Source: Erysipelotrichaceae bacterium
GTDB lineage: Bacteria; Bacillota_I; Bacilli_A; Erysipelotrichales; Erysipelotrichaceae
Direction: 5' to 3'
DNA length: 64,000 nucleotides
Assembly (NCBI GenBank): GCA_033808805.1
Contig: JAPXMY010000004.1
Coordinates: 6,241-70,240 of the forward strand
The notes beneath the pieces are model-generated. The model saw only the letters and a list, made by a program, of their open reading frames with translations, was not told the origin of the DNA and searched no databases. Shown here in pieces: positions 1-9,778 of the stretch (position 1 is the first letter of the stretch; every line of letters begins with the position of its first letter). The position numbers and the translations under genes were made by a program.

Positions 1-438
1 TTTTCCTCTGAGAAGATAAATCTGTTTAACACTTATTGGATTTTAATAATTGTAGGAACGATTAAGTATATTCCGTTTGCTTCAAGAAGTTCTTTAAACT
101 CAATGTTGCAGCTCTCAGGAGAAATTGAAGAAAGTGCCATGATACTTGGTGTGCCATGGTCAAAGAGGATGACAAAGATTATCATTCCAATTCAAAAAAG
201 TTCAATTATAAGCGGCTATCTATTACCGTTTATGACCTGTCTGAGAGAATTGAGTCTATTTATGCTTTTATGTACTCAAGGGTTCATATTGGCAACTACC
301 TTGGACTACTTTGATGAAATGGGCTTATATGCATTTTCAAGTGGTATTAACTTGATATTAATAATCACAATACTGATAAGCAACGCTTTGGTAAACAAGA
401 TAACTGGAGCTAGTTTAGATGAAGGAATAGGAGGATAA
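1..438 (+). CDS. ABC transporter permease, C-terminal portion (gene starts upstream of the window)
   Basis: Frame 1 is open from nt 1 with no stop before 436-438. It has an EAA-type permease loop (EESAMILGVPWSKRMTKIIIP) followed by hydrophobic helices. The stop lies 3 nt before the ATPase gene. Confidence 0.8.
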   Translation, partial: FSSEKINLFNTYWILIIVGTIKYIPFASRSSLNSMLQLSGEIEESAMILGVPWSKRMTKIIIPIQKSSIISGYLLPFMTCLRELSLFMLLCTQGFILATTLDYFDEMGLYAFSSGINLILIITILISNALVNKITGASLDEGIGG

Positions 439-441
439 GAT

Positions 442-2085
442 ATGCCAGAAATTGTGTTAAAAAATGTAACAAAACGTTGGGATAAATTCTATGCGGTAGA
501 TGATTTAAACCTGGTAATTGATGATAATGCGTTTGTAACATTGCTGGGTCCTTCAGGATGTGGAAAAACTACGACGTTAAGAATGATAGCTGGACTGGAA
601 ACTCCTACTAGCGGAAGAATAACTATTGGAGATAGAGTTGTATTTGACTCAGAAGAGGGAATAAATGTTCCGGCTAATAAGCGTAAAGTTGGATTTTTGT
701 TCCAAAACTATGCTTTATGGCCAAATATGACGGTCTATGAAAACATTTCTTTTGGTTTAACAAATGTTAAAGAGGAAATGGAAAAGGTAGACTTTGACAG
801 TAGAGTTAATGCTAAACTTGTAGAAATTCTAGCCAAACCTGAAGAAGTGGTTAAAGTAATAGAGGAATGCTATGACAAGAAAGATAAACTGGATGAGAAC
901 AAGGCTACTTTAAAACTGATTGATCATTTTGAAATATCTGAATTTACAGCTAAAAAACTGATGTCATACAAGTTGAATAGCAAAGACAGCAAGGCTATTG
1001 CGATAAGAAAAACTGAGGAATTGAAAGGCTTGCTGGCTAAAGCTGAAGAAAAAGCCAAAAAAGATGGTTTCACCTATAGTGAAAAATATGTTTATTTAAA
1101 AGATGGTAATCCCGTGATGGAAAACCGCAAACTTACCAAAGAAGAAATTGATTTGATTGTTCGAAGGGTTTCTAGAATTGTAAAAATCGGTATGTTTATG
1201 GACCGTTATCCGGCTGAACTGAGTGGTGGCCAACAACAGCGTGTAGCTATTGCCAGAACCCTGGCACCAGAGCCAGATGTCCTGTTTATGGATGAACCAT
1301 TAAGCAATCTGGATGCGAAGTTAAGATTGGAAATGCGCTCAGAACTTCAGAGATTGCATTTGGAAACAGGTTCAACATTTGTCTATGTTACCCATGATCA
1401 GATGGAAGCTATGACCTTGGCTACTAAAATCTGTCTGATTGATAATGGTATTCTACAGCAGTATGATGCTCCGCTTGATGTCTATTCAAAACCAAACAAT
1501 CTATTTGTTGCTGACTTTGTCGGTAATCCGGCTATTAACTTTATTGAGGCTAAAGGAAAACAAAATCAGGATGGCAACATCGAGTTAGAAATCTTTGATG
1601 GCCAGAAAGTTGAATTTGTTCCTAACGAAGAAATTGAAGTTTCTAAATGGTATAAAGAACAAAACCTGAAAGACGAAAGGAAAAAGGAAGAAGAACACCA
1701 TAAAGCCAATCAAAAAGGTTATGTTGAAAAAGTGAATAAAGAGGTAAGCTTCAAATACCGTATTCCATTGATTGATGAACGACAGGATTTTGATGATGTT
1801 GAAATTGTTACAGAAGAAGACTTTGTTATTGGTATCAGGCCGGAGTTCATCGATATTAGAGAAGATGGTAAAATTGATGCTGAAGTATATTCATCAATGC
1901 CTACTGGTATGGAGACAACAGTTAGAGCGGCAATAGGGAACTATCTGTTAACTGGAGTGATGTTTGGTGGAGTCATATATTCTTTAGAAGAAAAAATCAA
2001 ATTGGATTTCAAAGGTAAAAATGCTATGCTATTTGCTAAAACCAATGGCAGATTTATCTCACTGGGTTCAATCAAAGTAAAATAA
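442..2085 (+). CDS. ABC transporter ATP-binding protein (MalK/PotA/UgpC-like), 547 aa with large internal insertions
   Basis: Motifs seen: Walker A GPSGCGKTT, Q-loop FQNYALWP, signature LSGGQQQR, Walker B VLFMDEP, H-loop VTHDQ. AGGAGGA RBS at 429-435. Confidence 0.9.
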   Translation: MPEIVLKNVTKRWDKFYAVDDLNLVIDDNAFVTLLGPSGCGKTTTLRMIAGLETPTSGRITIGDRVVFDSEEGINVPANKRKVGFLFQNYALWPNMTVYENISFGLTNVKEEMEKVDFDSRVNAKLVEILAKPEEVVKVIEECYDKKDKLDENKATLKLIDHFEISEFTAKKLMSYKLNSKDSKAIAIRKTEELKGLLAKAEEKAKKDGFTYSEKYVYLKDGNPVMENRKLTKEEIDLIVRRVSRIVKIGMFMDRYPAELSGGQQQRVAIARTLAPEPDVLFMDEPLSNLDAKLRLEMRSELQRLHLETGSTFVYVTHDQMEAMTLATKICLIDNGILQQYDAPLDVYSKPNNLFVADFVGNPAINFIEAKGKQNQDGNIELEIFDGQKVEFVPNEEIEVSKWYKEQNLKDERKKEEEHHKANQKGYVEKVNKEVSFKYRIPLIDERQDFDDVEIVTEEDFVIGIRPEFIDIREDGKIDAEVYSSMPTGMETTVRAAIGNYLLTGVMFGGVIYSLEEKIKLDFKGKNAMLFAKTNGRFISLGSIKVK

Positions 2086-2090
2086 TTGTA

Positions 2091-2118
2091 AAAAAAGGCT
2101 ACTTAGGTAGTCTTTTTT
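2091..2118 (+). terminator. Rho-independent terminator after the ABC ATPase gene
   Basis: Stem aaaaaaggctac / gtagtctttttt (one G-U pair), loop ttag, followed by a T-run. Confidence 0.6.
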
Positions 2119-2171
2119 ATGAAAATCAATGAAAATCCTTACATTTTTGATGAAAATAGGTGAAAAAATGC

Positions 2172-2200
2172 TTGAAAATAATTACATTGTGGTGTAAACT
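2172..2200 (+). promoter_or_regulatory. Candidate sigma-A promoter of the opp-type operon
   Basis: TTGAAA (2172-2177), 17-nt spacer, TAAACT (2195-2200), about 30 nt upstream of the oppA-like start. Confidence 0.35.
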
Positions 2201-2231
2201 TAACGCATTACTAAAAGGGAGGATTTCAAAA

Positions 2232-3869
2232 ATGAAAAAATTGTTGGTAATATTAATGATTTTGGCATTATTGACAGGTTGTAATGGTGGCGATAAACCA
2301 GCAAAAGAAAAGGTTGTAACTATACAGGTACCGTCAGATGTCATATCAATGGATACGCAGATTGCAACAGATGGTGGTTCGTTCAGCGCTCAAGATATGT
2401 GTATGGCTGGCTTGATGACCTTAGATGAAAACAATCTGCCTGTGTTGGATTTAGCTGAATCTTATACAGTTGATGAAACCGGAACAGTCTACACTTTCAA
2501 AATTAGAGAAAATGCATACTGGTCTAACGGAACTCCTATTACAGCTCATGACTTTGTTTATGCTTGGAAAAGAGTTGTCAATCCTGATTTCGCTTCAGAA
2601 TACAACTGGTTTTTGGAAACAGCAAACATTGTTGGAGCTAGCTGCTATGATCCTGATAGTGGATATACAGTTGATGATTTAGGTGTTTCAGCTTTGGATG
2701 ATAAAACTTTCCAGGTTACTTTAACTAAACCATCAGGCTTCTTCTTAAGTATGTTGGCATTTCCAACTTTATTCCCATTAAATGAGGAATTTGTAGAATC
2801 TCAAGGTGACCAATATGCGTTATCAGTAGACAATATGATCTATTCTGGACCATGGGTAATGTCTGACTGGGAAGCAAACTATTCATATGAATTTACAGTT
2901 AATGATAAATATTGGGATTATGAAAACTTTAAGACAGATAAGACTCCAGATAAAATTGTCTTCCGTGTTGTAAATGACACTCAGACAGCATTGTTAGAAT
3001 ATCAGTCAGGTTCACTTGACACTGTTAACTTATCTGGCGAACAGGTTGAAGCTAATAAAAATACTGCTGGCTTTGTAAATCGTTTATCAGGATATCTGTT
3101 CTATCTATTAATCAATATTAATAAAACAGTTAATCCAACTGATATGGCTAACGTAAATGCTAGAAAAGCAATGTCTTATGCGATTGATAGAGAAGCGATT
3201 GCGACAGTATTAAATGATGGTTCTGTAGCAGCAGAAGGTATTATCCCTATTAATCTGGCTAACAACCCTGAAACAGGAGTAGACTTCCGTATCGACAATG
3301 GACCAGTAGTAGAATACAATGAAGCAAAAGCGAAAGAATACTATGATCTGGCAGTCGCTGAATTAGGTCATGACATTACTATCAATCTGATTTATTCTAC
3401 TGACCAGGGCGATCCAGAAATCAAAGCTGCTGAACAGATTCAGTACTTCTTAGAAAAAGTTGGATTTACAGTTGAATTAAATGGTAAACCTAAGAACACT
3501 CGTCTAATGATGCAAAGAGCTACATTGGAAGGTGGAAAAGCTGAGTTTGATGTTTCATTAACTCGTTGGGGCCCTGACTATGGTGATCCACAGACTTATA
3601 TGGATTTATTTACCAGCTGGCAAAGTACAGGTGGCTATGACAGTGAAGTTTACGATGCTTTAGTTATCCATGCTGAAGCAGCAACAACAGATGCAATTAC
3701 AAGATGGAATGATTTCTTGGAAGCAGAAAAAGTATTAATTGTTGAAGATGCTGCAGTAGTTCCAATTTTCCAGGCTGGTGGAGCAATGATTATCAATCCT
3801 AAAATTACAGGAATCAGATTCCACGTTGCGGCAGTAGACAGTTATCGTTATATTGTCTTTGTTGACTAG
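2232..3869 (+). CDS. oppA: Peptide ABC transporter substrate-binding lipoprotein (family 5, OppA/DppA-like)
   Basis: ATG at 2232 follows GGGAGG. Signal peptide with lipobox LALLTGC. Size and downstream oppBCDF-type genes fit. The track ORF start at 2160 is an unsupported upstream extension. Confidence 0.85.
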   Translation: MKKLLVILMILALLTGCNGGDKPAKEKVVTIQVPSDVISMDTQIATDGGSFSAQDMCMAGLMTLDENNLPVLDLAESYTVDETGTVYTFKIRENAYWSNGTPITAHDFVYAWKRVVNPDFASEYNWFLETANIVGASCYDPDSGYTVDDLGVSALDDKTFQVTLTKPSGFFLSMLAFPTLFPLNEEFVESQGDQYALSVDNMIYSGPWVMSDWEANYSYEFTVNDKYWDYENFKTDKTPDKIVFRVVNDTQTALLEYQSGSLDTVNLSGEQVEANKNTAGFVNRLSGYLFYLLININKTVNPTDMANVNARKAMSYAIDREAIATVLNDGSVAAEGIIPINLANNPETGVDFRIDNGPVVEYNEAKAKEYYDLAVAELGHDITINLIYSTDQGDPEIKAAEQIQYFLEKVGFTVELNGKPKNTRLMMQRATLEGGKAEFDVSLTRWGPDYGDPQTYMDLFTSWQSTGGYDSEVYDALVIHAEAATTDAITRWNDFLEAEKVLIVEDAAVVPIFQAGGAMIINPKITGIRFHVAAVDSYRYIVFVD

Positions 3870-3884
3870 TTATTAATAAGCTTA

Positions 3885-3914
3885 TTAGAACGATTATGCA
3901 AATAATCGTTCTAA
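3885..3914 (+). promoter_or_regulatory. Intercistronic stem-loop between the SBP gene and the first permease gene
   Basis: Perfect 13-bp stem ttagaacgattat / ataatcgttctaa with loop gcaa. No clean T-run follows, so it looks like an mRNA stabiliser or partial attenuator. Confidence 0.5.
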
Positions 3915-3937
3915 TTCGTTGCAAGGAGAGAAACTTT

Positions 3938-4873
3938 ATGAAGAAATATATATCAAAGAGAATTCTTATATCTATAGCAACTCTATTTTTTATTTTACTT
4001 GTGCTCTTTATTCTCATGGACCTGATGCCAGGATCACCTTTTAATGATGAAAAATTGTCAGAAGCACAGATTGCAGTGTTGTATACCAAGTATGGATTAG
4101 ATAGACCTGTAGCAGTTCGCTTCTTTCTTTATGTTAAGAATATGTTGAGTGGTGATTTAGGAGTTTCTTATGCCATCAATAAAAACTTCGCCATTTCACA
4201 AATGGTAAAGGAAAGATTGGGCATATCGATATTGGTTGGAGCCATGGCGATGGGGTTTGGTACAGTCTTCGGCTTGATTTTAGGGATAACATCAGCCTTA
4301 AAACATAATAGCTGGATAGATAATTTCTGTTCGGTAATTTCGGTAATAGGAGTAAGTGTTCCTTCTTATGTCTGTGCGATGTTGCTGGCATATTTTATAG
4401 CTTTCAAATTTAAGCTCTTTCCTGTTTTGTACAACAAAAGTATGCCAGTATTTTCGCTGATTTTGCCGGCTTTGGCTCTTTCGGTTTCACCAATGGCCAA
4501 TATTGCCAGATTTACCAGAAGCGAAATGATTGATGTTTTATCAAGCGACTATATATCTTTAGTTCAATCAATGGGAATTAAAGATTACAAGATGATTATT
4601 ACTCATGCGATGAGAAATACTCTGATACCGGTTATCACAGTTATGGGTCCTATTCTGGTTAATCTTTTGACTGGTTCAAGCGTAATTGAAAAGATTTTTG
4701 GTATTCCAGGTATTGGCTCACTGATGATTAATGGTATTCAGCAAAATGACTATAATGTAACGATTGCCTGTGCCTTTGTCTATTCGGTAATGTACATTAT
4801 TATGATGCTGATTGTAGATATTCTGTATGGTGTTATTGACCCAAGAATTAGAATCAGTAAGGAGGAAAAGTAA
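3938..4873 (+). CDS. oppB: Oligopeptide ABC transporter permease (OppB-like)
   Basis: ATG 3938 follows AGGAGAG. Multi-TM protein with an EAA-type loop (SDYISLVQSMGIKDYKMIITHAMRN). Confidence 0.85.
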   Translation: MKKYISKRILISIATLFFILLVLFILMDLMPGSPFNDEKLSEAQIAVLYTKYGLDRPVAVRFFLYVKNMLSGDLGVSYAINKNFAISQMVKERLGISILVGAMAMGFGTVFGLILGITSALKHNSWIDNFCSVISVIGVSVPSYVCAMLLAYFIAFKFKLFPVLYNKSMPVFSLILPALALSVSPMANIARFTRSEMIDVLSSDYISLVQSMGIKDYKMIITHAMRNTLIPVITVMGPILVNLLTGSSVIEKIFGIPGIGSLMINGIQQNDYNVTIACAFVYSVMYIIMMLIVDILYGVIDPRIRISKEEK

Positions 4874-4874
4874 A

Positions 4875-5891
4875 ATGACAGTTTATAATGAACGTGATTT
4901 TCATGAAGATGACTTCCTTTTTGCTCATGAAAGTGGCAAAAAAATAATTGATAAATCTTATAAGGCAACATCATATTTAAAAGATGTCTGGTCAAACTTT
5001 AAAAAGAATAAAGGAGCAATTGCTGGTTTTATTATTATTGTCATTATTATTTTGATGGCGATAATTGGTCCATCAATGAATGAGCATACCTATAAATCTA
5101 TTATTCATGGTCATGAGTGTTTGACGCCTAGAGTTCCATTTTTAGAAAAACTGGGAATTTTTGATGGTTCATATCATGGTCAGGATTATTATGCCGCTAA
5201 AGGTGCCAGTGATTATTACTATTGGTTTGGTGCCGATACTCAGGGACGTGATATCTGGACAAGAGTCTGGCTGGGGACAAGAGTTTCACTGGTAATTGCT
5301 TTCAGTGCTGTGGTTATTGATATCTGTTTTGGAATGATTTATGGACTTATTTCTGGTTTCTTTGGTGGAATAATTGATATTGTCATGCAGAGATTTGCCG
5401 AGATTTTAAATGGAGTTCCAACTCTGGTTGTAGTAACTCTATTGGGTTTGGTACTTCCAGCAGGAATGGTTTCTATTATCTTCGCCCTGATGATTACCGG
5501 CTGGATTCCAATGGAAAGAATTGCCAGAGCCCAGGTTATGAAGGTAAAAGAACAGGAATATGTTTTGGCAAGCAGAACTCTGGGAGCCAGCAAACTTTCC
5601 ATAATATTCCAGGAAATATTACCAAATATCTTTGGTCAGGTTATTATTACCAGTATGCTATCTATTCCAAGTGCAATTTTCCTGGAAGCATATTTGTCGT
5701 TTTTAGGGTTAGGGGTTCCAGCTCCAATGGCTTCTCTTGGCTCACTGGTTGCTGATGGTTATAAATCGATGACTACCTTTCCACATATTTTAGCTATTCC
5801 AGTAATTATCATGTCTTTACTGATGTTATCGTTTAATCTGTTTGCTGATGGTCTGAGGGATGCCTTTGACCCTAAACAGTTAAATAAATAG
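4875..5891 (+). CDS. oppC: Oligopeptide ABC transporter permease (OppC-like)
   Basis: ATG 4875 follows GGAGGAAAAG and lies 2 nt after the oppB stop. EAA-type loop EYVLASRTLGASKLSIIFQEILPN. Multi-TM. Confidence 0.85.
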   Translation: MTVYNERDFHEDDFLFAHESGKKIIDKSYKATSYLKDVWSNFKKNKGAIAGFIIIVIIILMAIIGPSMNEHTYKSIIHGHECLTPRVPFLEKLGIFDGSYHGQDYYAAKGASDYYYWFGADTQGRDIWTRVWLGTRVSLVIAFSAVVIDICFGMIYGLISGFFGGIIDIVMQRFAEILNGVPTLVVVTLLGLVLPAGMVSIIFALMITGWIPMERIARAQVMKVKEQEYVLASRTLGASKLSIIFQEILPNIFGQVIITSMLSIPSAIFLEAYLSFLGLGVPAPMASLGSLVADGYKSMTTFPHILAIPVIIMSLLMLSFNLFADGLRDAFDPKQLNK

Positions 5892-5902
5892 GAGGGTATG
5901 GT

Positions 5903-7000
5903 ATGGAAAAAATAAAAAAAGATAAAAAAGACCGTGTCCTTTCTTTGCGTAATCTAAACATTTCATTTAAGACAGCCTATGGTACCGTAAAAGCTATCAG
6001 AGGTGTCAGACTGGATTTGTTTAGAGGAGAAACGATTGCTATTGTAGGTGAATCAGGCTCAGGAAAATCAGTAACTGTAAAAACAATATTGGGAATTCTT
6101 GATAGTAACGGAATAATTGATGAAGGTTCAATTATCTATAATTACACTGACGAAAATGGACAAGAGCAATCAGTTGATCTGGTGGCAATGTCACAAAAAG
6201 ATATCAGATATAAGTTTTGCGGCAAAAAGATTGCCATGGTTTTCCAGGATCCGATGACATCGCTTGATCCAACAATGACAATAGGTAATCAGATTATGCA
6301 ACCGATGATCTATCATTTAAATATAGATAAAAAAGAGGCTAAGATAAGAGCGATTGAACTTTTAGAAGAAGTAGGGATTGATCAGCCTGAAAAAAGATTT
6401 AAACAGTATCCTCATGAACTATCTGGTGGCATGAGACAGAGAGTGGTTATCGCCATCGCTTTAAGCTGTGATCCAGAAATTTTGATTTGTGATGAACCTA
6501 CTACTGCTCTTGATGTAACAATTCAGGCTAAAATATTGGAATTGATTAAATCTATTCAACAAAAAAATAATATTTCTGTAATTTATATTACTCATGACTT
6601 AGGAGTAGTAGCTAAGGTTGCTGATTATGTAGCTGTAATGTATGCTGGCAGAATTGTCGAAAAAGGAAACATCAATGAGATATTCTATGATCCTAGACAT
6701 CCTTATACCTGGGGACTGCTAAGCAGCATGCCTGATACAGACACTAAAAGTAAAAGACTGTTTACTATCCCTGGTTCTCCACCGAATTTACTGGAAAAAG
6801 TCAGTGGTGATGCTTTTGCGGTTAGAAATCCGTTTGCCCTTAATATTGACTTCAGGGAAGAGCCGCCAATGTATGATGTTGGAGGACAGCACCGTGTAGC
6901 CAGCTGGCTTTGTGATGAGCGAGCTCCAAAGGTAGAGATGCCAGTTGATTTAAAAGAAAGAATTGAAAAGATGAAGGAGGAGGCAGCTGTTTATGAGTGA
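5903..7000 (+). CDS. oppD: Oligopeptide ABC transporter ATP-binding protein (OppD-like)
   Basis: Walker A GESGSGKS, signature LSGGMRQR, Walker B LICDEPT, and an oligopeptide-type C-terminal segment (RHPYTWGLL). Confidence 0.9.
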   Translation: MEKIKKDKKDRVLSLRNLNISFKTAYGTVKAIRGVRLDLFRGETIAIVGESGSGKSVTVKTILGILDSNGIIDEGSIIYNYTDENGQEQSVDLVAMSQKDIRYKFCGKKIAMVFQDPMTSLDPTMTIGNQIMQPMIYHLNIDKKEAKIRAIELLEEVGIDQPEKRFKQYPHELSGGMRQRVVIAIALSCDPEILICDEPTTALDVTIQAKILELIKSIQQKNNISVIYITHDLGVVAKVADYVAVMYAGRIVEKGNINEIFYDPRHPYTWGLLSSMPDTDTKSKRLFTIPGSPPNLLEKVSGDAFAVRNPFALNIDFREEPPMYDVGGQHRVASWLCDERAPKVEMPVDLKERIEKMKEEAAVYE

Positions 7001-7922
7001 AATTAAGCAACCTTTACTTCGTGTTGAAAATTTAAAACAGTACTTCAGAGTTTCAAGAAACTTTACTACTAAAGCGGTAGATGGTATCAGCTTTAACATT
7101 TATGAAGGAGAAACATACGGTTTGGTAGGTGAATCAGGTTCGGGAAAATCAACGACTGGTCGTTCTATTATTCGACTGTATGACCCTACAGAAGGAAAGA
7201 TTATCTTTGATGGAGTTGATATCTCCGGAAAACTTTCAAAAGAAGTTGAAAAGCATTTAAGAACCAATATGCAGATGATCTTCCAGGATCCAATGGCTTG
7301 TTTAAATCCAAGAAAAAAGGTAAAAGAAATTATTGCCCAGGGATTATTGATTCATCATAAGTTTGAGACTAAAGAAGAGTTGAACGATAAAGTCAATCGA
7401 ATCTTAGATAAAGTAGGTTTATCTGCTGAGCAGGCTACAAGATTTCCGCACCAGTTTTCTGGTGGTCAAAGACAGAGAATAGGTATTGCCAGAGCTCTGG
7501 TTATGAATCCGAAACTTGTTATTGCTGATGAATGTATTTCAGCTCTGGATGTTTCGATTCAAGCTCAGGTAGTTAATCTGATGAAAGATATTCAGGAAGA
7601 GCTTGGGACAACATATCTGTTTATTGCTCATGATTTATCAATGGTAAAGTATATTTCAGATCGAATCGGGGTTATGCATTTGGGACATATTGTAGAAACG
7701 GGAACAACGGACGAAATATTTCAAAATCCTGTTCACCCCTATACTAAGGCGCTGCTTTCAGCAATACCGCATCCAAATCCAATATTAGAGAAATCTAGAG
7801 TTGCTTTGAGCTATGACAAAGAAAAAGAAGGTGTAGATTATGTTAATGCTGTTGAGCACAAAATAACTGACACCCACTATGTCTTGGCTACAGAAGAAGA
7901 CTTTAAGAAATGGTATAAATAA
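6993..7922 (+). CDS. oppF: Oligopeptide ABC transporter ATP-binding protein (OppF-like)
   Basis: GESGSGKST, FSGGQRQR, VIADECIS, VHPYTKALL. Overlaps oppD by 8 nt. Confidence 0.9.
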   Translation: MSEIKQPLLRVENLKQYFRVSRNFTTKAVDGISFNIYEGETYGLVGESGSGKSTTGRSIIRLYDPTEGKIIFDGVDISGKLSKEVEKHLRTNMQMIFQDPMACLNPRKKVKEIIAQGLLIHHKFETKEELNDKVNRILDKVGLSAEQATRFPHQFSGGQRQRIGIARALVMNPKLVIADECISALDVSIQAQVVNLMKDIQEELGTTYLFIAHDLSMVKYISDRIGVMHLGHIVETGTTDEIFQNPVHPYTKALLSAIPHPNPILEKSRVALSYDKEKEGVDYVNAVEHKITDTHYVLATEEDFKKWYK

Positions 7923-7963
7923 AAACAATATCGTGGCTATAAGGTCACGATATTGTTTATTTA
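7923..7963 (+). terminator. Rho-independent terminator after oppF
   Basis: 13-bp stem aaacaatatcgtg / cacgatattgttt followed by atttatt. Confidence 0.6.
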
Positions 7964-7992
7964 TTATATAATGTATAAGCGAGGTATTTTTT

Positions 7993-9558
7993 ATGAACAC
8001 AGTTAAGATGTTGTATAATGGGAAAATCTATCAGGGCGAAGGAAATTTCTGCCAGGCTTTACTGATAGAAAATGAAACTATAGCAGGTTGTGGAAGTGAT
8101 GAAGAAATACAGCTGCTAGCTTTAAAATATAAGAATGTTGAGAAACATAATTTAGAAGGAAAATGTGTTATTGCTGGTTTTAATGACAGTCATATTCATC
8201 TTTTGAAGTACGCCAGACAACTGATAAGAGCTCAACTTCAGGACTGCAGATCAAAAAAAGAAGTTATTGATTTCTGTAAGAAGTATATCAAGGAAAATCC
8301 TGAACTAACAAGAGAAGGCTTAAGGGGCAGAGGATGGAATCAGGATAATTTTGATGATGGGAAATTATTAACTAAAGATGACCTGGATTTAATTTCTCAA
8401 GATATTCCAGTGGTGCTGGTCAGAGTATGCGGTCATATGTGTGTCTGTAACAGTAAAGCTTTAGAGCTTTTAAACTTTGAAAGTGAAGATGGTATTCTGA
8501 CTGAAAATGATGTCAATCTGACCAAAGATTTATTTTCTGAAGATGATGAGCAATTAAAAAAATTATTTCTTGAAGCTAGTAGAATAGCCTTATCATCAGG
8601 AATTACTTCGGTTCAAAGTCAGGATATTGATGACTTAAATGAAGAATTAAATATTGTTGCCCTATTAGAAGGTGTATATCAAAATAACAAAAAATTATGT
8701 CGTTACCATTTACAGGTGGGTTTTGACAGTGTGGACAGTTTTAAAAAGGCTTTAAAAAAGGGCCTTTATAAATTTAATATAGATGATGAAAGATTGACCT
8801 TTGGTCCGGTAAAGCTGTTTAAAGATGGTTCCTTAGGCGCAAAAACAGCTCTTGTATACGATGGATATATTGATGATAAGAATAATAAGGGACTTGAAGT
8901 AGTAAATCATCAGCAGATGAGAGAGTTCATTAGAGTGGCTGAGGATAATAATCTGCAGGTGATCGTTCATGCTATTGGTGATAGAGCCATTGATGAAACC
9001 TGTGAGGCCTTTATTTCTGAAATGGATCAGGAAAATAAACTGAGACATGTTGTCAATCACTGTCAGATTACCAGTTATGAAATATTAAAGAAAATTGCCA
9101 AAAACAATATCCTGGTGGCCTATCAGCCAATATTTCTGCAATATGATCTGCATATGGCCAAAAACAGAGTTGAAAAGCCACTTTTAGAAAGTTCATATGC
9201 CTTCAAGACCGCATTGGATTATGGTATCAGATGTTCTTTGGGAACGGATTGTCCAGTAGAAAGTTTAAACCCTTTTTACAATATTCATTGTGCTGTAAAC
9301 AGACAGGATCTTGAATATCAGCCAGAGTCTGGTTATTATATTGAGCAGTGTTTAACTGTACAGGAAGCAGTAGATGGCTATACGATTGGCAGCAGCTATC
9401 AGCAGTTTATGGAAAGCAGCAAAGGAAAGCTGCAAAAAGGGTATTTAGCTGACTATGTTGTAATTGACAGGGATATCTTTACCTGTAATAAAAAAGATAT
9501 TAAAAATACTGAAGTTCTTATGACCGTGATTAATGGTAAAACGGTCTATGAAAAGTAA
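7993..9558 (+). CDS. Metal-dependent amidohydrolase (Amidohydro_3 / YtcJ-like)
   Basis: HxH metal motif in GFNDSHIHLL. Later HAIGDRA, VNHCQ and GTDCPVE segments are typical of the TIM-barrel amidohydrolase fold. 521 aa. Confidence 0.8.
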   Translation: MNTVKMLYNGKIYQGEGNFCQALLIENETIAGCGSDEEIQLLALKYKNVEKHNLEGKCVIAGFNDSHIHLLKYARQLIRAQLQDCRSKKEVIDFCKKYIKENPELTREGLRGRGWNQDNFDDGKLLTKDDLDLISQDIPVVLVRVCGHMCVCNSKALELLNFESEDGILTENDVNLTKDLFSEDDEQLKKLFLEASRIALSSGITSVQSQDIDDLNEELNIVALLEGVYQNNKKLCRYHLQVGFDSVDSFKKALKKGLYKFNIDDERLTFGPVKLFKDGSLGAKTALVYDGYIDDKNNKGLEVVNHQQMREFIRVAEDNNLQVIVHAIGDRAIDETCEAFISEMDQENKLRHVVNHCQITSYEILKKIAKNNILVAYQPIFLQYDLHMAKNRVEKPLLESSYAFKTALDYGIRCSLGTDCPVESLNPFYNIHCAVNRQDLEYQPESGYYIEQCLTVQEAVDGYTIGSSYQQFMESSKGKLQKGYLADYVVIDRDIFTCNKKDIKNTEVLMTVINGKTVYEK

Positions 9559-9649
9559 AGTGGCACAACTGGAAGTGTGTGCAATAGATCAGATGAAACC
9601 TGTGTCAATAAAAAAGTTTAAAAATCTTTAAGTTTTTATGATTTTTTTG

Positions 9650-9678
9650 TTGACATAGGGTTTCCTTTGGAGTAATAT
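9650..9678 (+). promoter_or_regulatory. Sigma-A promoter of the str operon
   Basis: Consensus TTGACA (9650-9655), 17-nt spacer, TAATAT (9673-9678), with an A/T-rich UP-like tract upstream. Confidence 0.65.
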
Positions 9679-9685
9679 TAATGAG

Positions 9686-9778
9686 CAGATTGAATGGGCG
9701 AAAGCCCATATTAAATCGAAGATATATGGCACACCCGGTAATGTGTGCAAAAAAGAATATAGGAAAGGAGTAGAAATA
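9686..9778 (+). promoter_or_regulatory. Structured 5' leader of rpsL (two hairpins)
   Basis: Hairpin atgggc-gaaa-gcccat (9694-9709, GNRA loop) and hairpin gcacac...gtgtgc (9729-9748) lie between the predicted TSS and the AAAGGAG RBS. Confidence 0.3.

Noticed and set aside
2160-2231. N-terminal extensions suggested by the ORF track. Affected starts: 2160, 3896, 4827, 9743, 25304, 31772, 32523, 38058, 43655, 46759, 47174, 57110, 59196, 61067, 61929.
   Set aside because: In each case an internal ATG or GTG is preceded by a GGAGG-like RBS at 5-10 nt and begins the recognisable family N-terminus or signal peptide. The extension overlaps the upstream gene or a leader.
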